Shown here: in pieces, positions 25,286-38,833 of the stretch
How positions within the stretch are numbered: position 1 is the stretch's first letter
How the letters are laid out: the number at the start of each line of letters is the position of its first letter
Assembly (NCBI GenBank): GCA_964016885.1
Contig: OZ024741.1
Span: forward strand, 335,482,001-335,546,000
Length of the DNA: 64,000 nt
Origin: Eledone cirrhosa
Taxonomy: Eukaryota
Direction of reading: 5' to 3'
Notes under the pieces: generated by a model
What the model was told of the DNA's origin: nothing
The model's input: only the letters and a program-made list of their open reading frames with translations
The model's database searches: none
Position numbers and translations under genes: made by a program

Positions 25286-27070
25286 TGACACTGATATGAC
25301 AATGATATGACAATGATATGACAATGATATGACAATGATATGACACTGATATGACAATGATATGACACTGATATGACAATGATATGACAATGATATGACA
25401 ATGATATGACACTGATATGACAATGATATGACAATGATATGACAATGATATGACAATGATATGACAATGATATGATAATGATATGACACTGATATGACAA
25501 TGATATGACACTGATATGACAATGATATGACACTGATATGACAATGATATGACACGGATATGACACTGATATGACAATGATATGACAATGATATGATAAT
25601 GATATGACACGGATATGACAATGATATGACAATGATATGATAATGATATGACACTGATATGACAATGATATGACACTGATATGACAATGATATGACAATG
25701 ATATGATAATGATATGACACAGATATGACAATGATATGACAATGATATGATAATGATATGACACTGATATGACAATGATATGACAATGATATGACAATGA
25801 TATGACAATGATATGACACTGATATGACAATGATATGATAATGATATGACAATGATATGACAATGATATGACAATGATATGACAATGATATGATAATGAT
25901 ATGACACTGATATGACAATGATATGACAATGATATGACAATGATATGATAATGATATGACACTGATATGACAATGATATGACACTGATATGACAATGATA
26001 TGACACTGATATGACAATGATATGACAATGATATGACACTGATATGACAATGATATGACAATGATATGACACTGATATGACACTGATATGACAATGATAT
26101 GATAATGATATGACACGGATATGACAATGATATGACAATGATATGACAATGATATGATAATGAGATGACACTGATATGACAATGATATGACACTGATATG
26201 ACAATGATATGACAATGATATGACAATGATACGACAATGATATGACATGACACTGATATGACAATGATATGACAATGATATGATAATGATATGACAATGA
26301 TATGACAATGATATGACACTGATATGACAATGATATGACAATGATATGACAATGATATGACACTGATATGACAATGATATGACAATGATATGACACTGAT
26401 ATGACAATGATATGACAATGATATGACAATGATATGATAATGATATGACACTGATATGACAATGATATGACACTGATATGACAATGATATGACACTGATA
26501 TGACACTGATATGACAATGATATGACAATGATATGACAATGATATGACAATGATATGACAATGATATGATAATGGTGATGACAATGATATGACAATGATA
26601 TGATAATGGTGATGACAATGATATGACAATGATATGACAATGATATGACAATGATATGACATATGACAATATGACAATGATATGATAATGATATGATAAT
26701 GGTGATGAGAATAATATGACAATGATATGACAATGATATGACAATGATATGATAATGATATGATAATGATGATGAGAATGATATGACAATGATGATAATG
26801 ATAATGGTGATGACAATGATATGACAATGATATGACAATGATATGATAATGGTGATGACAATGATATGACAATGATATGACAATGATATGACAATGATAT
26901 GATAATGGTGATGACAATGATATGACAATGATATGACAATGATATGACAATGATATGATAATGGTGATGACAATGATATGACAATGATGATGATGGTAAT
27001 GGTGATGACAATGATATGACAATGATGATGATAATGGTGATGACAATGATATGACAATGATATGATATGA
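25286..27070. repeat. 11-bp minisatellite (GACAATGATAT/GACACTGATAT) embedded in a (GAT)n tract spanning ~24900-27250
   Basis: Direct inspection; about 160 units. Confidence 0.97.
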
Positions 27071-27256
27071 TAATGATGATGATGATAATGGTGATGACAA
27101 TGATGATAATGGTGATGACAATGATGATAATGAGGATGTGATGATTATGATGATGATGAGGATGATGACGATAATAATGATGATAATGATAATAAGGATA
27201 TGATGACGATGATAATGATGATGACAATGATGATAGTGATGATGATTATAATGATA

Positions 27257-27776
27257 ATTGTTTCTACTTTTGGCACAAGGCCAGCAAATATCCAGTGTAT
27301 TACTGGTACTTTATTTTATCAACCCCATAAGGATGAAATACAAATTTAACCTCAACAGGATTTGAACTCAGAATGGCAAGGGGCGTAGCCCTATGCTGGA
27401 AAGCATGGCGTCCGACCCTCTACTGATACTGCCAATCCACCGCCCTTTGATGATGATTATAATGATAATGAGGATATAATATTGATGGTGATGATAATGA
27501 GGATATAATGATAATGACAATGATGACAATGATGATGACAATGATGATGATGACAATGATAATGATGACAATGACAATGACGATGATGATAATTGTTTCT
27601 ACTTTAGGCACAAGGCCAGCAATTACCCAGTACATTACTGGTACTTTATTTTATCGACCCCGTAAGGATGAAAGGCAAAGTTAACCTCAGCGGGATTTGA
27701 ACTCAGAATGGCAAGGGCCGTAACTCTATGCGTCAAAGCATGGTGTCCGACCCTCTACTGATACTGCCAATCCACC
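27257..27776 (-). mobile_element. Two Meta-type SINEs (27257-27445, 27592-27776) in (GAT)n
   Basis: Reverse match to the consensus. Confidence 0.9.
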
Positions 27777-28132
27777 AATGATGAGGATGATGGTAATGAC
27801 AATGATGATGAGGATGATGCTATAGATCATGACAATGATGAAGAAAATGATGATGATGAGAGGAGCAGGAGAAGGACTCAATAACCTCTTTGCTGCAAAT
27901 CCTTTGTGACATCTGATAAGTTATTTTACATATTACACAAGTTTTAGCATCGATCCAGGTGTCTAATTTCTGCAGGTAGAATTGCAATATCTTTGAATTA
28001 TACATAAGACAGGTGATATTAGGTTAATTAATAAAACATCAAACAGATTTGCTTTACCTTCATCTTGTTGAACATCTAACTGAAATTGAAACATCACTGG
28101 TTTGATCTTCAGCTACTTACTCTCCCTTACTT

Positions 28133-28167
<35 letters not shown>

Positions 28168-28309
28168 GTGTGTATATAATATATATATATTATATACATA
28201 TATTATATATATATATATTATATCATCACCATCTTTGTTTAACGTCCATCTTCCACGCTAGCATCGGTTATATATATATTTATATACGTGTGTGTGCATA
28301 ATTATATAT

Positions 28310-31213
28310 GCTATAAGCTATTCTGGGTAGGTAAGGATGATGGGTTAGGGGGAGTAGGCATTTTCCTGGCTGAGAAATGGATCAATAAGACAATAGAGGT
28401 AGTTCGAGTTAGTAATCGAATAATTAAGCTTAGATTAGTTGTAGGTAGGAGACTACTGACAATCATCTCGGTCTATGCTCCCCAAGCAGGCCTAGGCAAA
28501 GATGAGAAAGACTGCTTTTATGAGCAACTTTTGCAAACAACCACAATGACAGAGGACGGAGACATCGTTATGCTAGCAGGAGACTTCAATGGTCATGTTG
28601 GACAGCTCCAGGATGGTTACACTGGGGTACATGGTGGGCACGGTTACGGTTCAAGAAATGAAGAAGGAGTGAGACTTCTTGAATTTTGTGATGCAAGTAC
28701 ATTGACTATTTGCAACACAAACTTCCAGAAACCTGCCAATCACCTAATAACCTACAAATCTGGTGAGCACATAAGCCAGATTGACTTCCTGCTAGTTAGG
28801 CAGCGGGACAGGCAGATAGTGTCTAATACCAAGGCATACCCTGGGGAAGAATGTACCCCACAGCATAGGTTAGTTGTTAGTGATATCTCAGTAAGCAAGA
28901 GATGGAATGAGACATATAGGAAGGTGTGGAGAAGAAAGGTCTGGAAGCTAAAAGACCTTTCACTAAAATTCAAATTTAGGAAAGCCCTTCAAGATGTATA
29001 TGACGAAAAAGAAGACGATTTAGAGACGTATGACATAGATAATAACTGGAAGTTCTTACGTGACAACTTGCTGAAGGCTACTGATGAAACCTGTGGCTGG
29101 AGCAGAGCTCCAACCAGACAGAGAGTGACCTGGTGGTGGAACAGCAGTGTAGATAAGGCTATTAGAGACAAAAGACTAGCATGGAAGGCTTGGAATAAGG
29201 GTGGGAGTAGGGAAGAATATACAGCCACTAAGAGAGAAGCTAGACGTCAGGTGTACTTAGCACGCAGGGAGGCAGAGAGTAGGAGGTTTGCCAATGTTCT
29301 GCGACGGGAAGATCAGAGGCGTGCGGTGTTCCACATTGCAAGGCAGTGTGTCGATGCAAATCAGGATGTTGTTGGTGATAAATGTGTCCGGGATGATGTC
29401 GGTGTACTTAGTGTCACGAATGACCAGAAAAAGGAGGCCTGGAAATGTCATTATGAGAGACTGATGAATGTGGAGAACGAATGGGAGAGAGAGAAATTAC
29501 CCTTGGTAGATCCGACAGAGGGACCAGCTATTGAGATTGACGAATATAGGGTCCAAGAGGCGATTAGGGAAATGAAAAATGGTAAGGCGGCCGGACCATC
29601 GGGAATAGTTGCTGAGATGCTGAAGGCATCAGGGGATGTAGGCACTAAACTGGTTGCACGCATAATCAATCAGGCTATATATGGTGGTGTCATACCCAAA
29701 GACTGGTGCAGCAGTATTCTCATAAATTGCTACAAAGGTAAAGGGGATGCTTTGGAGAGGAGCAATTATAGGGGTATAAAACTGATAGATCAGGTTATGA
29801 AAGTGGCAGAAAGGATTCTAGCACAACTAATTAGAGAAAGGGTCAAACTAGATGAGATGCAGTTTGGTTTTGTGCCTGGGAAGAGTACAACAGACGCCCT
29901 CTTCTTGGTGAGACAAATGCAAGAGAGGTTCTTAGAGAAGAATAAGCCACTATACTTAGCCTTTGTTGACCTAGAGAAGGCCTTTGATAGGGTACCCCGA
30001 TCTGTCATCTGGTGGTCCCTAAGGAAGCTGGGTGTTGAGGAATGGCTTGTAAGGACAGTGCAAACTTTGTACAGAGGTACTCTCAGTAAAGTCAGGGTAG
30101 GAATGGAGTTTAGTGAGGAATTCCAGATACAAGTAGGAGTACATCAGGGTTCGGTCCTCAGCCCGCTCTTGTTCATTATAGTCCTCCAAGCCATAACAGA
30201 GGAGTTTAAGACTGGCTGTCCATGGGAACTTCTCTATGCTGACGATCTGGCTCTTATGGCAGAATCAGTAGAGGAGCTAGAGAATAAATTCCGGCTATGG
30301 AAACAGCAGTTGGAAGCAAGAGGACTGAGAGTAAATCTAGCTAAGACAAAAGTGTTGATGAGTAGAAAAGAGGAAAAAACCCTGATTCCGTCAGGGAAAT
30401 GGCCATGTTCGATATGCAGAAAAGGAACTGGCATAAATTCTATAAAATGCACACAATGTAGGTCCTGGGTACACAAGAGATGTAGCGGGATAGCAGGCAA
30501 ACTAACAGGTAGGGAGAAATATGTATGCAGTAGATGTACAGGGAAATTAGACAGTAGAAGTCGCACTGATAGACACATTTTTCAAATGCGAGAGGGCGCT
30601 ATAGAAGTGGTGGATAGCTTCCGGTACCTAGGAGATCAGATTAGCATGGGAGGAGGGTGTTCCGAGGCCATAGTATCTAGAATAAGGACGGGTTGGAAGA
30701 AGTTTAGGGAGCTGCTTCCTCTGTTGACGAAGAAGGGTTTCTCCCTGCGTACGAAAGGCCGGTTGTATGATGCCTGTGTGAGGAGCGCGATGCTGCATGG
30801 TAGTGAGACATGGGCAGCTACCGCAGAAGATATGCGACGGCTGAAGAGAAATGAGGCAAGCATGCTCCGTTGGATGTGCAGTGTAAATGTGCGTGAACGA
30901 CCCAGCATAAATGTGTTGAGAGAGAAACTGTGTCTGAGAGGGATAGAATGTAGTGTACGGGAGAGGAGACTGAGGTGGTATGGACATGTGATGCGCATGG
31001 AGGATGACCGATGGGTGAAGAAGTGCCAGGAAATGCCAGTTGAAGGAAGACGTGGTAGAGGTAGACCACGAAAAACATGGGCGGAGGTGGTGAGAACAGA
31101 CCTCAGATCATTGAAGCTCACGGTGGAGATGACGAGGGACCGTGACGAGTGGAGAGATGCTGTGCTGAATAAGACCCGTCCCACCCTTGCAAGCAGGGAA
31201 AAGCGGACGTAAA

Positions 31214-31248
<35 letters not shown>

Positions 31249-31250
31249 AT
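28310..31250 (+). mobile_element. RTE-clade LINE, 5'-truncated, uninterrupted ORF (partial APE, RT, PHD-like finger), (GAT)n tail
   Basis: GDFNGHVG, QIDFLL, NYRGIKL, QFGFVPG, FVDLEKAFD, GVHQGSVLSPLLF, LLYADDL, FRYLG; lacks the first ~56 codons present in the 45131 copy. Confidence 0.97.
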
Positions 31251-31329
31251 ATATATATATATATATATATACATGCATACATATATACACACGTATATAC
31301 ATGCATATATATATATAAATGTGTATGTG

Positions 31330-31361
<32 letters not shown>

Positions 31362-31897
31362 TATATATGCATGTATTTATATATGCATGTATATATGTAT
31401 ATATGTGCATGTATATACGATATGTATGCATGTATATAAAGCTAATGTGGGATCAACAACAGATACAATGAGTATTGGGATGAAACCTACATTGTTGATC
31501 CGCAGTATAATTACTGCTGTACCCTAAAGTCCAGTTTTCTCGTTAACACTTTGATACACAACATATTCAGTCTTTAATTACTTCGGTAATTACCTGCAGC
31601 TCAAGTATTTATTAAGGTATTTCTATGTTTTCATTCTGTCTTTTAATCTTACCTTATCATGGCTTTGATTGAAAATCTTTTCTTCGTTCTTCAGACATGA
31701 AAGGAGTTACCTTTGTCTAACTCTTTACAGGAATATACATATATACACATACATACATGCATACATACATACACACATGTACACATATACAAACATACAT
31801 ATATACATATATACATACATGCATACATACACACATATATAGATACACACATACATATATACATACATGCATACATATGTGCATGCATCCATTCTTA

Positions 31898-32270
31898 TAA
31901 ACATCTATTTTCCATGCTTGCATGTGTTAGATGGGTCATCCAAGTTATGAGACAAGTCTGGCCAGTTGGCCATGTCGTACCTTGCTCAAACATAACTGTA
32001 TTTTGGCAAGGATTTTTACAGCTCGATGCTTTTCCTAACACCAACCACATTTACAGTGTGGTCCTGTTATGAGACATATCTGGCAAGATGGCTGCACCCT
32101 ACCTTGCCCATATTGGGACTGTGTGTTGACTAGACTTTTACAGTTGCTGGATGCCCTTCCAAACAGCAATCATGTTTACAGTGTGGAACTGGGTGGCACA
32201 GTTATGAGGAGGATTTGGCCAGCTGGTTGTACTGTACTTTGCTCACAGAAGAACTGTATTTTGGGAGCTG
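31898..32270 (-). mobile_element. Tandemly repeated decayed RTE 3'-UTR modules
   Basis: ttccatgcttgcatg end; gatgc..ttcc.aa cassette repeated at ~130-bp spacing. Confidence 0.6.
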
Positions 32271-32303
32271 GGTGGCTCCAATATGAGGTAGGTCTCATAT
32301 ATA

Positions 32304-32340
<37 letters not shown>

Positions 32341-32343
<3 letters not shown>

Positions 32344-32683
32344 TCATTCATCATTTCATTTTACGTCCGCTTTTTCCCTGCTTGCAAGGGTGGGATGGGA
32401 ACTGATTCAGGCTTGATTTCTACAGCTGGATGCCCTTCCTAACACCAACCTCATTTACAGTGAGTGCTGGGTGCTTTTTTTGCCATGGCACCTCCACGAC
32501 CACTTTGGAGTGGAATGATAGAGACCCCAGTCCCTATCATCTCATTTCTACAGCTGAGTAAACTGGAGCAATGTGAAATAAAGTGTCTTGCTCAAGGAAA
32601 CAACACATCACCTTGTCTGAGAATTGAACTCACAACCTTTCGATTGCAAGGCCAATGCTCTAACCACTAAGCCATGTGCCTCC
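32341..32683 (-). mobile_element. Full-length tRNA-CORE SINE with RTE tail
   Basis: Near-identical reverse complement of 1610-1950. Confidence 0.92.
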
Positions 32684-33063
32684 ATATATATATATATATC
32701 CCCTTCATGCAAGAAACTATGTTGTGATATTATATTGATATTATATCAATAGTTATTGATAGGGGGCTGATGATCTAAATAATGTTAGATACCTTGTTCT
32801 TGTTAATCTTTCACTCCATCCCTATATCCATCCCCCTATTGTTCCGATCCATTTTACTCATCTCTCTCTCTCTCTCTCTCTCTCTGTAACCCCCTCATCT
32901 CTCATTCTCTCTCCCTCATGCTCTCCATTCGATTTTGTGGTTATATTTTAACCCAAAAATATTTTACTATGCAAATAGAATACAGCTGGTAATGGCTACC
33001 TTTCTCGCTTAGAATACTAAAATTTTACGAATATTCATATATATATATATATATATATACATA

Positions 33064-33408
33064 CAGTATACTCCTGGTTATTCGTGGAATTTTCCTGAGA
33101 ACCTAACTAATAATTGTTCGTGGAAACCACCGCAGATTCACGGAACGTAAATCTTTTCCGCAATTTTTATGGCTTTTTCGTGGCAATATATATTTTTTAT
33201 TGGTAAATTATTAATAACAATATACCGTATTTGCCGGATTATTGGACACCTCTTTGTAAAAGACGGTCCCTCTTTTTTTTATTATATTTTATGTTATATT
33301 TTGTTGTTTATAGGCATTTTTATGAACCAAGTCCAATATTTGCAGTATTTCACTCTTGGCGGATGCTCTGGGAACGTAACCCCCATGAATACTGGGGACA
33401 ATGGTATA
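33064..33408. mobile_element. Possible pogo/Tigger-like DNA transposon remnants
   Basis: TA|cagtatactcctggttattcgtgga and TA|ccgtatttgccggattat resemble Tigger/pogo termini; partner TIRs are weak. Confidence 0.35.
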
Positions 33409-33467
33409 TATATATTATGTATATTATATATATTACATATATATATATATATATTATATATATATTA

Positions 33468-33922
33468 TCATTTTTCCATCCATTTTTCCATGCTTGCATG
33501 GGTTGGACAGGTCCTTCTCCACATTATATCTCTCCACTTGTCGTGTTCCTTCATCATGTCCTTTTCTAGTCTTAGCAAATTCAGGTGAAACTCACACAAC
33601 ATCTGCCCAGGTCTTTCTCAGTCGTCCTCTACTGCGGCTTCCCTCCACTGGGATTTCCTGTCATTTCTTCACCCATCAGTCATTGTCCTTGCACATTACA
33701 TGTCTCTACCAACACAGTCTTCTCTCCTACACACTATCTCAGATTCCCCTTAAACCTAGCTTCTCTCTCAGGTCATCCAAGCTCTGCCTTTCTCTTGCAG
33801 TTACATTGCACACCCAACAAAACCTGGTTGCTTCATTTTTGTCCAATCTACACATGCCTTCGGCAGTCACAGCCCATATTTCACTACCATGCAGCATCAC
33901 GCACTGCACACAGGTATCATAA
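33468..33922 (-). mobile_element. Decayed RTE 3' fragment
   Basis: Colinear with the reverse complement of ~30765-31212. Confidence 0.85.
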
Positions 33923-34087
33923 TATTTAACTATATTATGTATATTATATATATATTATATATATCCATATGTGGTTGAGAGCTAAGAGAAAGAAGTACTC
34001 AATACCGAAGTAGCATATTAATATTCATTTTATTAAGGCTAAATATTGAGTCTTGTTATTCGAAAGTAACAAAACTCACTATTTAGC

Positions 34088-34144
<57 letters not shown>

Positions 34145-34145
<1 letters not shown>

Positions 34146-34468
34146 GAAGGTCGGCTAACAAGTTCATAGGCTGAGTATGAAGGAGTGATGCTAAGGCTGT
34201 GAAATTTTGCATGCATTAATTTCAACTCTCCTTATTAATACCTGCATTGTTTCTTTCCAGGGATTATATTGAAAAACAAACCTTATTTGGTAATTCCTTC
34301 TCTAGGCTGGCTGACCATGATACTCTCATGAAATGACCAAATGAGATTTATTTTTCAATATAGTCCCTGGAAGGAAACAAAGAAGAGTTGAACTTATTGC
34401 ATGCAAGATTTCACAGCTCTAGCATCACTACTTTAAAGTCAGCCTACTAACTTTTCATCTAACCCACA
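34145..34468. mobile_element. Mariner-like fold-back MITE (family of 14297)
   Basis: Arms of >100 bp (gctgtgaaattttgcatgca / tgcatgcaagatttcacagc) with mariner-like ends. Confidence 0.75.
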
Positions 34469-34717
34469 TAAAAAACAGTGTTATGTGTCTTTTCTGTTGC
34501 TCTGTTTCTGTATGTATGTGTCTGGGTGTTATGTGTGTATGTGTGTGTGTCAGAGGACAAAGGACCATAGTGATATCAAGACATCAAACTCATGCTGTCA
34601 TTGTAAAACCTAGAATAATGATGATTCTTGACTTATGGCATTCGATGAGAGAGAAAACTGGCTTATAGTATATTTGAGGTCGCACATTATTTTTCTTGAT
34701 TACTGCAATCATAACAA

Positions 34718-35120
34718 GCCACATGGCTTAATGATTAGGATGTTAGACATACGATCATAATGTCATTGATTCAATTCCTGGACAGGGTGGTATGTTGTAT
34801 TCTTGAGCAAAACACTTTACTTCATGTTGCTCCAGCAAACTCAGCTGAGATGAGTGAGTCGCTGCAGTAGCTGGGGCATTAATCCTGCAATAGAGTGACA
34901 TCCTGTCCAGGGAGTGTCTTGTACTCTCAGTTGTTTAATGCCAAGGAAACTGAAGATAAGCACCAGCCTGCTCCAGTACACTCAGCTGAGTTTGAGTACA
35001 AGTTGTAGCAGAGGAGTTAATCCAGTGATAGACTGGCGTCCTGTCTAGGGAGAGTCTTCTACTCTCAGTCACTTAATACCAATGAAATACCTGATGAGCC
35101 TTTGGCTTAGAACAGACTTT
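34718..35120 (+). mobile_element. Old CORE SINE with internal duplication
   Basis: catggcttaatgattag head; ttcttgagcaaaacactttacttcatgttgctccag; gctccag..ctcagctgag block repeated. Confidence 0.75.
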
Positions 35121-35932
35121 AACTTAAATTAATAGGCAAATCAATCTGTGGTCACTCAATCTGCTAGAAATGACAGCTTAAATATCCCTTGAATTCTATT
35201 CTACCATCTTAGGTTCATTAGATAATGTGTTTGTACATGCCAATAAAAGGACAGGATGGTCATGGCTGGAATGTCTTTAATTAACAGCAACACAACAGAA
35301 CAATGAGAGAAATTATAATTTGTGAGAGGAAACATCTTTAAAATGTTACCTGAGAATTTGTCATTTGCTATCCTCCTCTACTGAGTTACTCTGTTTATTT
35401 TGCTCATAGCTACAGTGATATCTTTCTTATTGAAGTCAATAGCACTGAGTATGTTTCCTGCTTTACAAGTCAATGGCAACTAGAGAAACCTTAAAACTGT
35501 GAAATATTGCTTCTGAAGAATTTTCTACCGTTTTAGAGCTTTGTCTATGTCAAGTAGATACAAATGAAAGAAACTGTGATCGTATGCTTCCTCGCAAAGG
35601 AATAGAATATCTTTAGATTTCATTTTCTTCTATATTACTTCCAACTCTTTGAAGTTTATAATATACTTCTGCCAATATTTCAAATTTCTGGTCCACCATT
35701 TTTTTTTTTTCTGCAGAATAGAAGTTCAATTGAATTTTCTTAATTTGAGAATTTAACCCTTTTATTACCAAATTTCTAACAAAATGTAAGGTATGAGGGA
35801 GTGTTTCCCACCTAAAGATGGAGCACCATGGCTGATGCAGTGGGTGTTGCTGGCTCTACTCAGCAGCACTGCTTTTGCCGTCTTATATATATATATATAC
35901 ATATATATAAATCATTTATTATGGCTAATAAT

Positions 35933-36100
35933 TATTTCTACTTTTGGCACAAGGCCAGCAATTATCCCAGTGCATTACTGGTACTTTATTTTATCGACCC
36001 CGTAAGGATGAAAGGCAAAGTTAACCTCGGCGGTATTTGAACTCAGCCCATATGCAAAGCATGGTGTCTGACACTCTACCGATACTACCAATCCACCGCC
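35933..36100 (-). mobile_element. Meta-type SINE with 20-bp TSD
   Basis: catttattatggctaataat (35913-35932) and catttactatggctaataat (36101-36120). Confidence 0.92.
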
Positions 36101-36516
36101 CATTTACTATGGCTAATAATAAATGAATATTTCAATTCTACTCCAGTATTGAGTACGCTTTCTCAGGTTCATCATTAATACACACACACACACACACACA
36201 CATGCACACATATATATATATAGTATGATTAAAATTTTATACACTTAACATCTATGCACAACCTTAGGTTTTGGGGTCCAGTTATGGCCCCCAATGTATA
36301 GTGGAGGAGATGCTTCAGCACTTGTAATTTTGTCCTAGTACTCAATTAGAGGCCAGTGTTGAAGCAGCTTTTCCACTATGCAGTGGTGGCCATAACTGGA
36401 ACCAGAAAACTGAGGTCATGCATACATGTTAAGTACATGGAACTTTAATTATACTAAATAAGCTCTCTTGCAATAGATTGAGCATTGTTTTCCTTGACCT
36501 TTTATCTATGGATATC

Positions 36517-36575
36517 CTGCTGAATAGGACCTGTCCCACCCTTGCAAGCAGGGAAAAGAGGATGTAAAATGATGA

Positions 36576-36578
<3 letters not shown>
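36517..36578 (+). mobile_element. Extreme 5'-truncated RTE 3' end
   Basis: tgctgaataggacctgtcccacccttgcaagcagggaaaagaggatgtaaaatgatgatg. Confidence 0.85.
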
Positions 36579-36611
<33 letters not shown>

Positions 36612-36643
36612 TTAATTAGAAAGTAAACAACACAATATAACTA

Positions 36644-36711
36644 CTCCATTACCAAAGGTTTCAGGACCCTAGACAATGTTAACATATGTCTAGTTCGCTC
36701 ATCAGATGAAA
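36644..36711 (-). ncRNA. Type I hammerhead ribozyme motif in the left arm of the 36609-36820 palindrome; partial mirror copy at 36722-36784 (+)
   Basis: Minus strand: tttcat CTGATGA gcgaactagaca..tgtctagggtcct GAAA cctttgg TA atggag. Confidence 0.7.
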
Positions 36712-36880
36712 AGGTTTATAACTGATGAATGAACTAGACATATGTTAATATTATCTAGGGTCCTGAAACCTTTGATAATGGAAGAGTTATATATTGTGTT
36801 GTTTACTTTCTAATTAAATAGCTCTGTATTATACATAGAGCACTCTTTTTTCCTTTGCCTTTTCTTCGGAATTACCTAAC

Positions 36881-36952
<72 letters not shown>

Positions 36953-36958
<6 letters not shown>

Positions 36959-37747
36959 TGCCTCCTCGTTATGGCCATTGCACGATATACCATTATTAAT
37001 AATTATTAATTAATTCTATCGTTATGGTGGTGAATTGGCAGTATCGGTAGAAGGTTGGATGCCCTGCTTTGCAGCACAGTCACGTCCCTTTACGAAATGA
37101 GTTCAAATCCCGCTGAGGTTAACTTTGCCTTTCATCCTTACAGGGTCAATAAAATAAAGTACCAGTAATGTACTGGGTAATTGCTGGCTTTGTGCCATAA
37201 GTAGAAAAAATTAATTAATTCTATCGAGCAATGCCTGTGCATAAAGATATTTTTTAAAGTGAGGAAAGACTGTGCACTGAGCCAATCCCACTCTCTGAGC
37301 AACAGTAGCTATAACCCGAAAAGAAGAAAAGATCAACATCATCAGTAACTATTGAGCCGCAGGTTTTATATCAGAGTTATCCCAGTTTCCTGAGTTGACT
37401 TCTCCTAGAAAAATGCCCTGACAAAGGCTAGGGGTCCTTCGCTCCCAGTGGTTTAACCACACGATCAGGTGTCCAGCCCGACTATTTCTATGCCCCTGCG
37501 CATATACATACACACATATACATACATAAGTACATGTGTATATACATATTTACACACTTTTGGATGGCTGTTGACTCTTATGAGTTCTTCTGCCCTTTGT
37601 CAGGTTTGTTTTTTGTCCTGCAGGGTGCCCAAAATCCTCCTCCTCACCAAGTAAACTTGGTGGGGTTGCCAGTTCAGTCGCCGACGACCCGACCATGCAA
37701 CAGGTTGTACTGGGTTACATGTTACCAGTAGCACTCAAGAGTGACCC

Positions 37748-37750
<3 letters not shown>
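36953..37750 (-). mobile_element. Diverged relative of the non-autonomous RTE-like element, interrupted by a SINE and a microsatellite
   Basis: agcaatgcctgtgc, ttatatcagagtt, acaaaggcta, gtggggttgccagt..gtcgcc.acgacccgaccatg shared with 43976-44581. Confidence 0.8.
37022..37209 (+). mobile_element. Meta-type SINE with 17-bp TSD
   Basis: attaattaattctatcg at 37005-37021 and 37210-37226. Confidence 0.93.
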
Positions 37751-37798
<48 letters not shown>

Positions 37799-38297
37799 CA
37801 TATACACACATATATAAATACATATATATACATATATATACATATATATATACATATATATACATATATATACATATATATATACATATATATACATATA
37901 TATATACATATATATACATATATATATACATATATATACATATATATATACATATATATACATATATATACATATATATATACATATATATACATATATA
38001 TATACATATATATATACATATATATACATATATATATACATATATATACATATATATATACATATATATACATATATATACATATATATATACATATATA
38101 TACATATATATATACATATATATACATATATATACATATATATACATATATATACATATATATATACATATATATACATATATATATACATATATATACA
38201 TATATATACATATATATATACATATATATACATATATATATACATATATATACATATATATACATATATATATACATATATATACATATATATATAT
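37751..38297. repeat. (TA)nCA microsatellite
   Basis: Direct inspection. Confidence 0.97.
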
Positions 38298-38354
38298 TAT
38301 AAAAATTATTTAAAAAATAAACCAAAGAACCCTTCAATACATTAAAAGTCTTTA

Positions 38355-38397
38355 TTAGCCAACAATGTTTTGTCCTATTAAGGACTCATCAGGGTAA
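38355..38397 (-). ncRNA. Decayed hammerhead motif
   Basis: Minus strand: ttacc CTGATGA gtcct-taat-aggac AAAA cattg TT ggctaa; deviations from GAAA and GUC are CpG-type transitions. Confidence 0.6.
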
Positions 38398-38684
38398 GTA
38401 AAGCTACAAGAAGCACTATCGGCCAATACAAGCCAAAAACTCAGAAGAATATGGAGTATACAACTATTAAAGCTTAGGAAAGATATTAAGGAAAAGTTGG
38501 CTAAGATTAAGAGTGAGCAGTTACAAACATAGATATGGACCAAATAGCAAGGAAGTGATTAACATGTTGAACCCACATTGCAAATATTATATAATGCAAA
38601 CATTTGAAACACAAATGGTAATATAATGTGAGAATTACATATACATATATATATACATATATATACATATACATATATATATAC

Positions 38685-38716
<32 letters not shown>

Positions 38717-38791
38717 GTCGAGTCACCTTAACGTATGTTCAGAACTTTCCTCACAACTTGTTCTACCAAGCTTTGGAATACTCCTAATAAC

Positions 38792-38833
<42 letters not shown>

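Noticed and set aside
24956-27227. 600-720 aa His/Cys/Ile ORFs in three frames
   Set aside because: Artefact of the 11-bp tandem repeat
28288-28309. ORF start MCVHNYIC of the 974-aa ORF
   Set aside because: Flanking microsatellite read in frame, not part of the element
31446-31503. Short inverted repeat ggatcaacaa/ttgttgatcc enclosing gaaac
   Set aside because: No CUGANGA core; only ~10-13 bp arms
35091-35120. ctgatgagcc..ggct hammerhead-like start (also ~7710-7730, minus strand)
   Set aside because: No GAAA/UH or stem I; part of an old SINE tail
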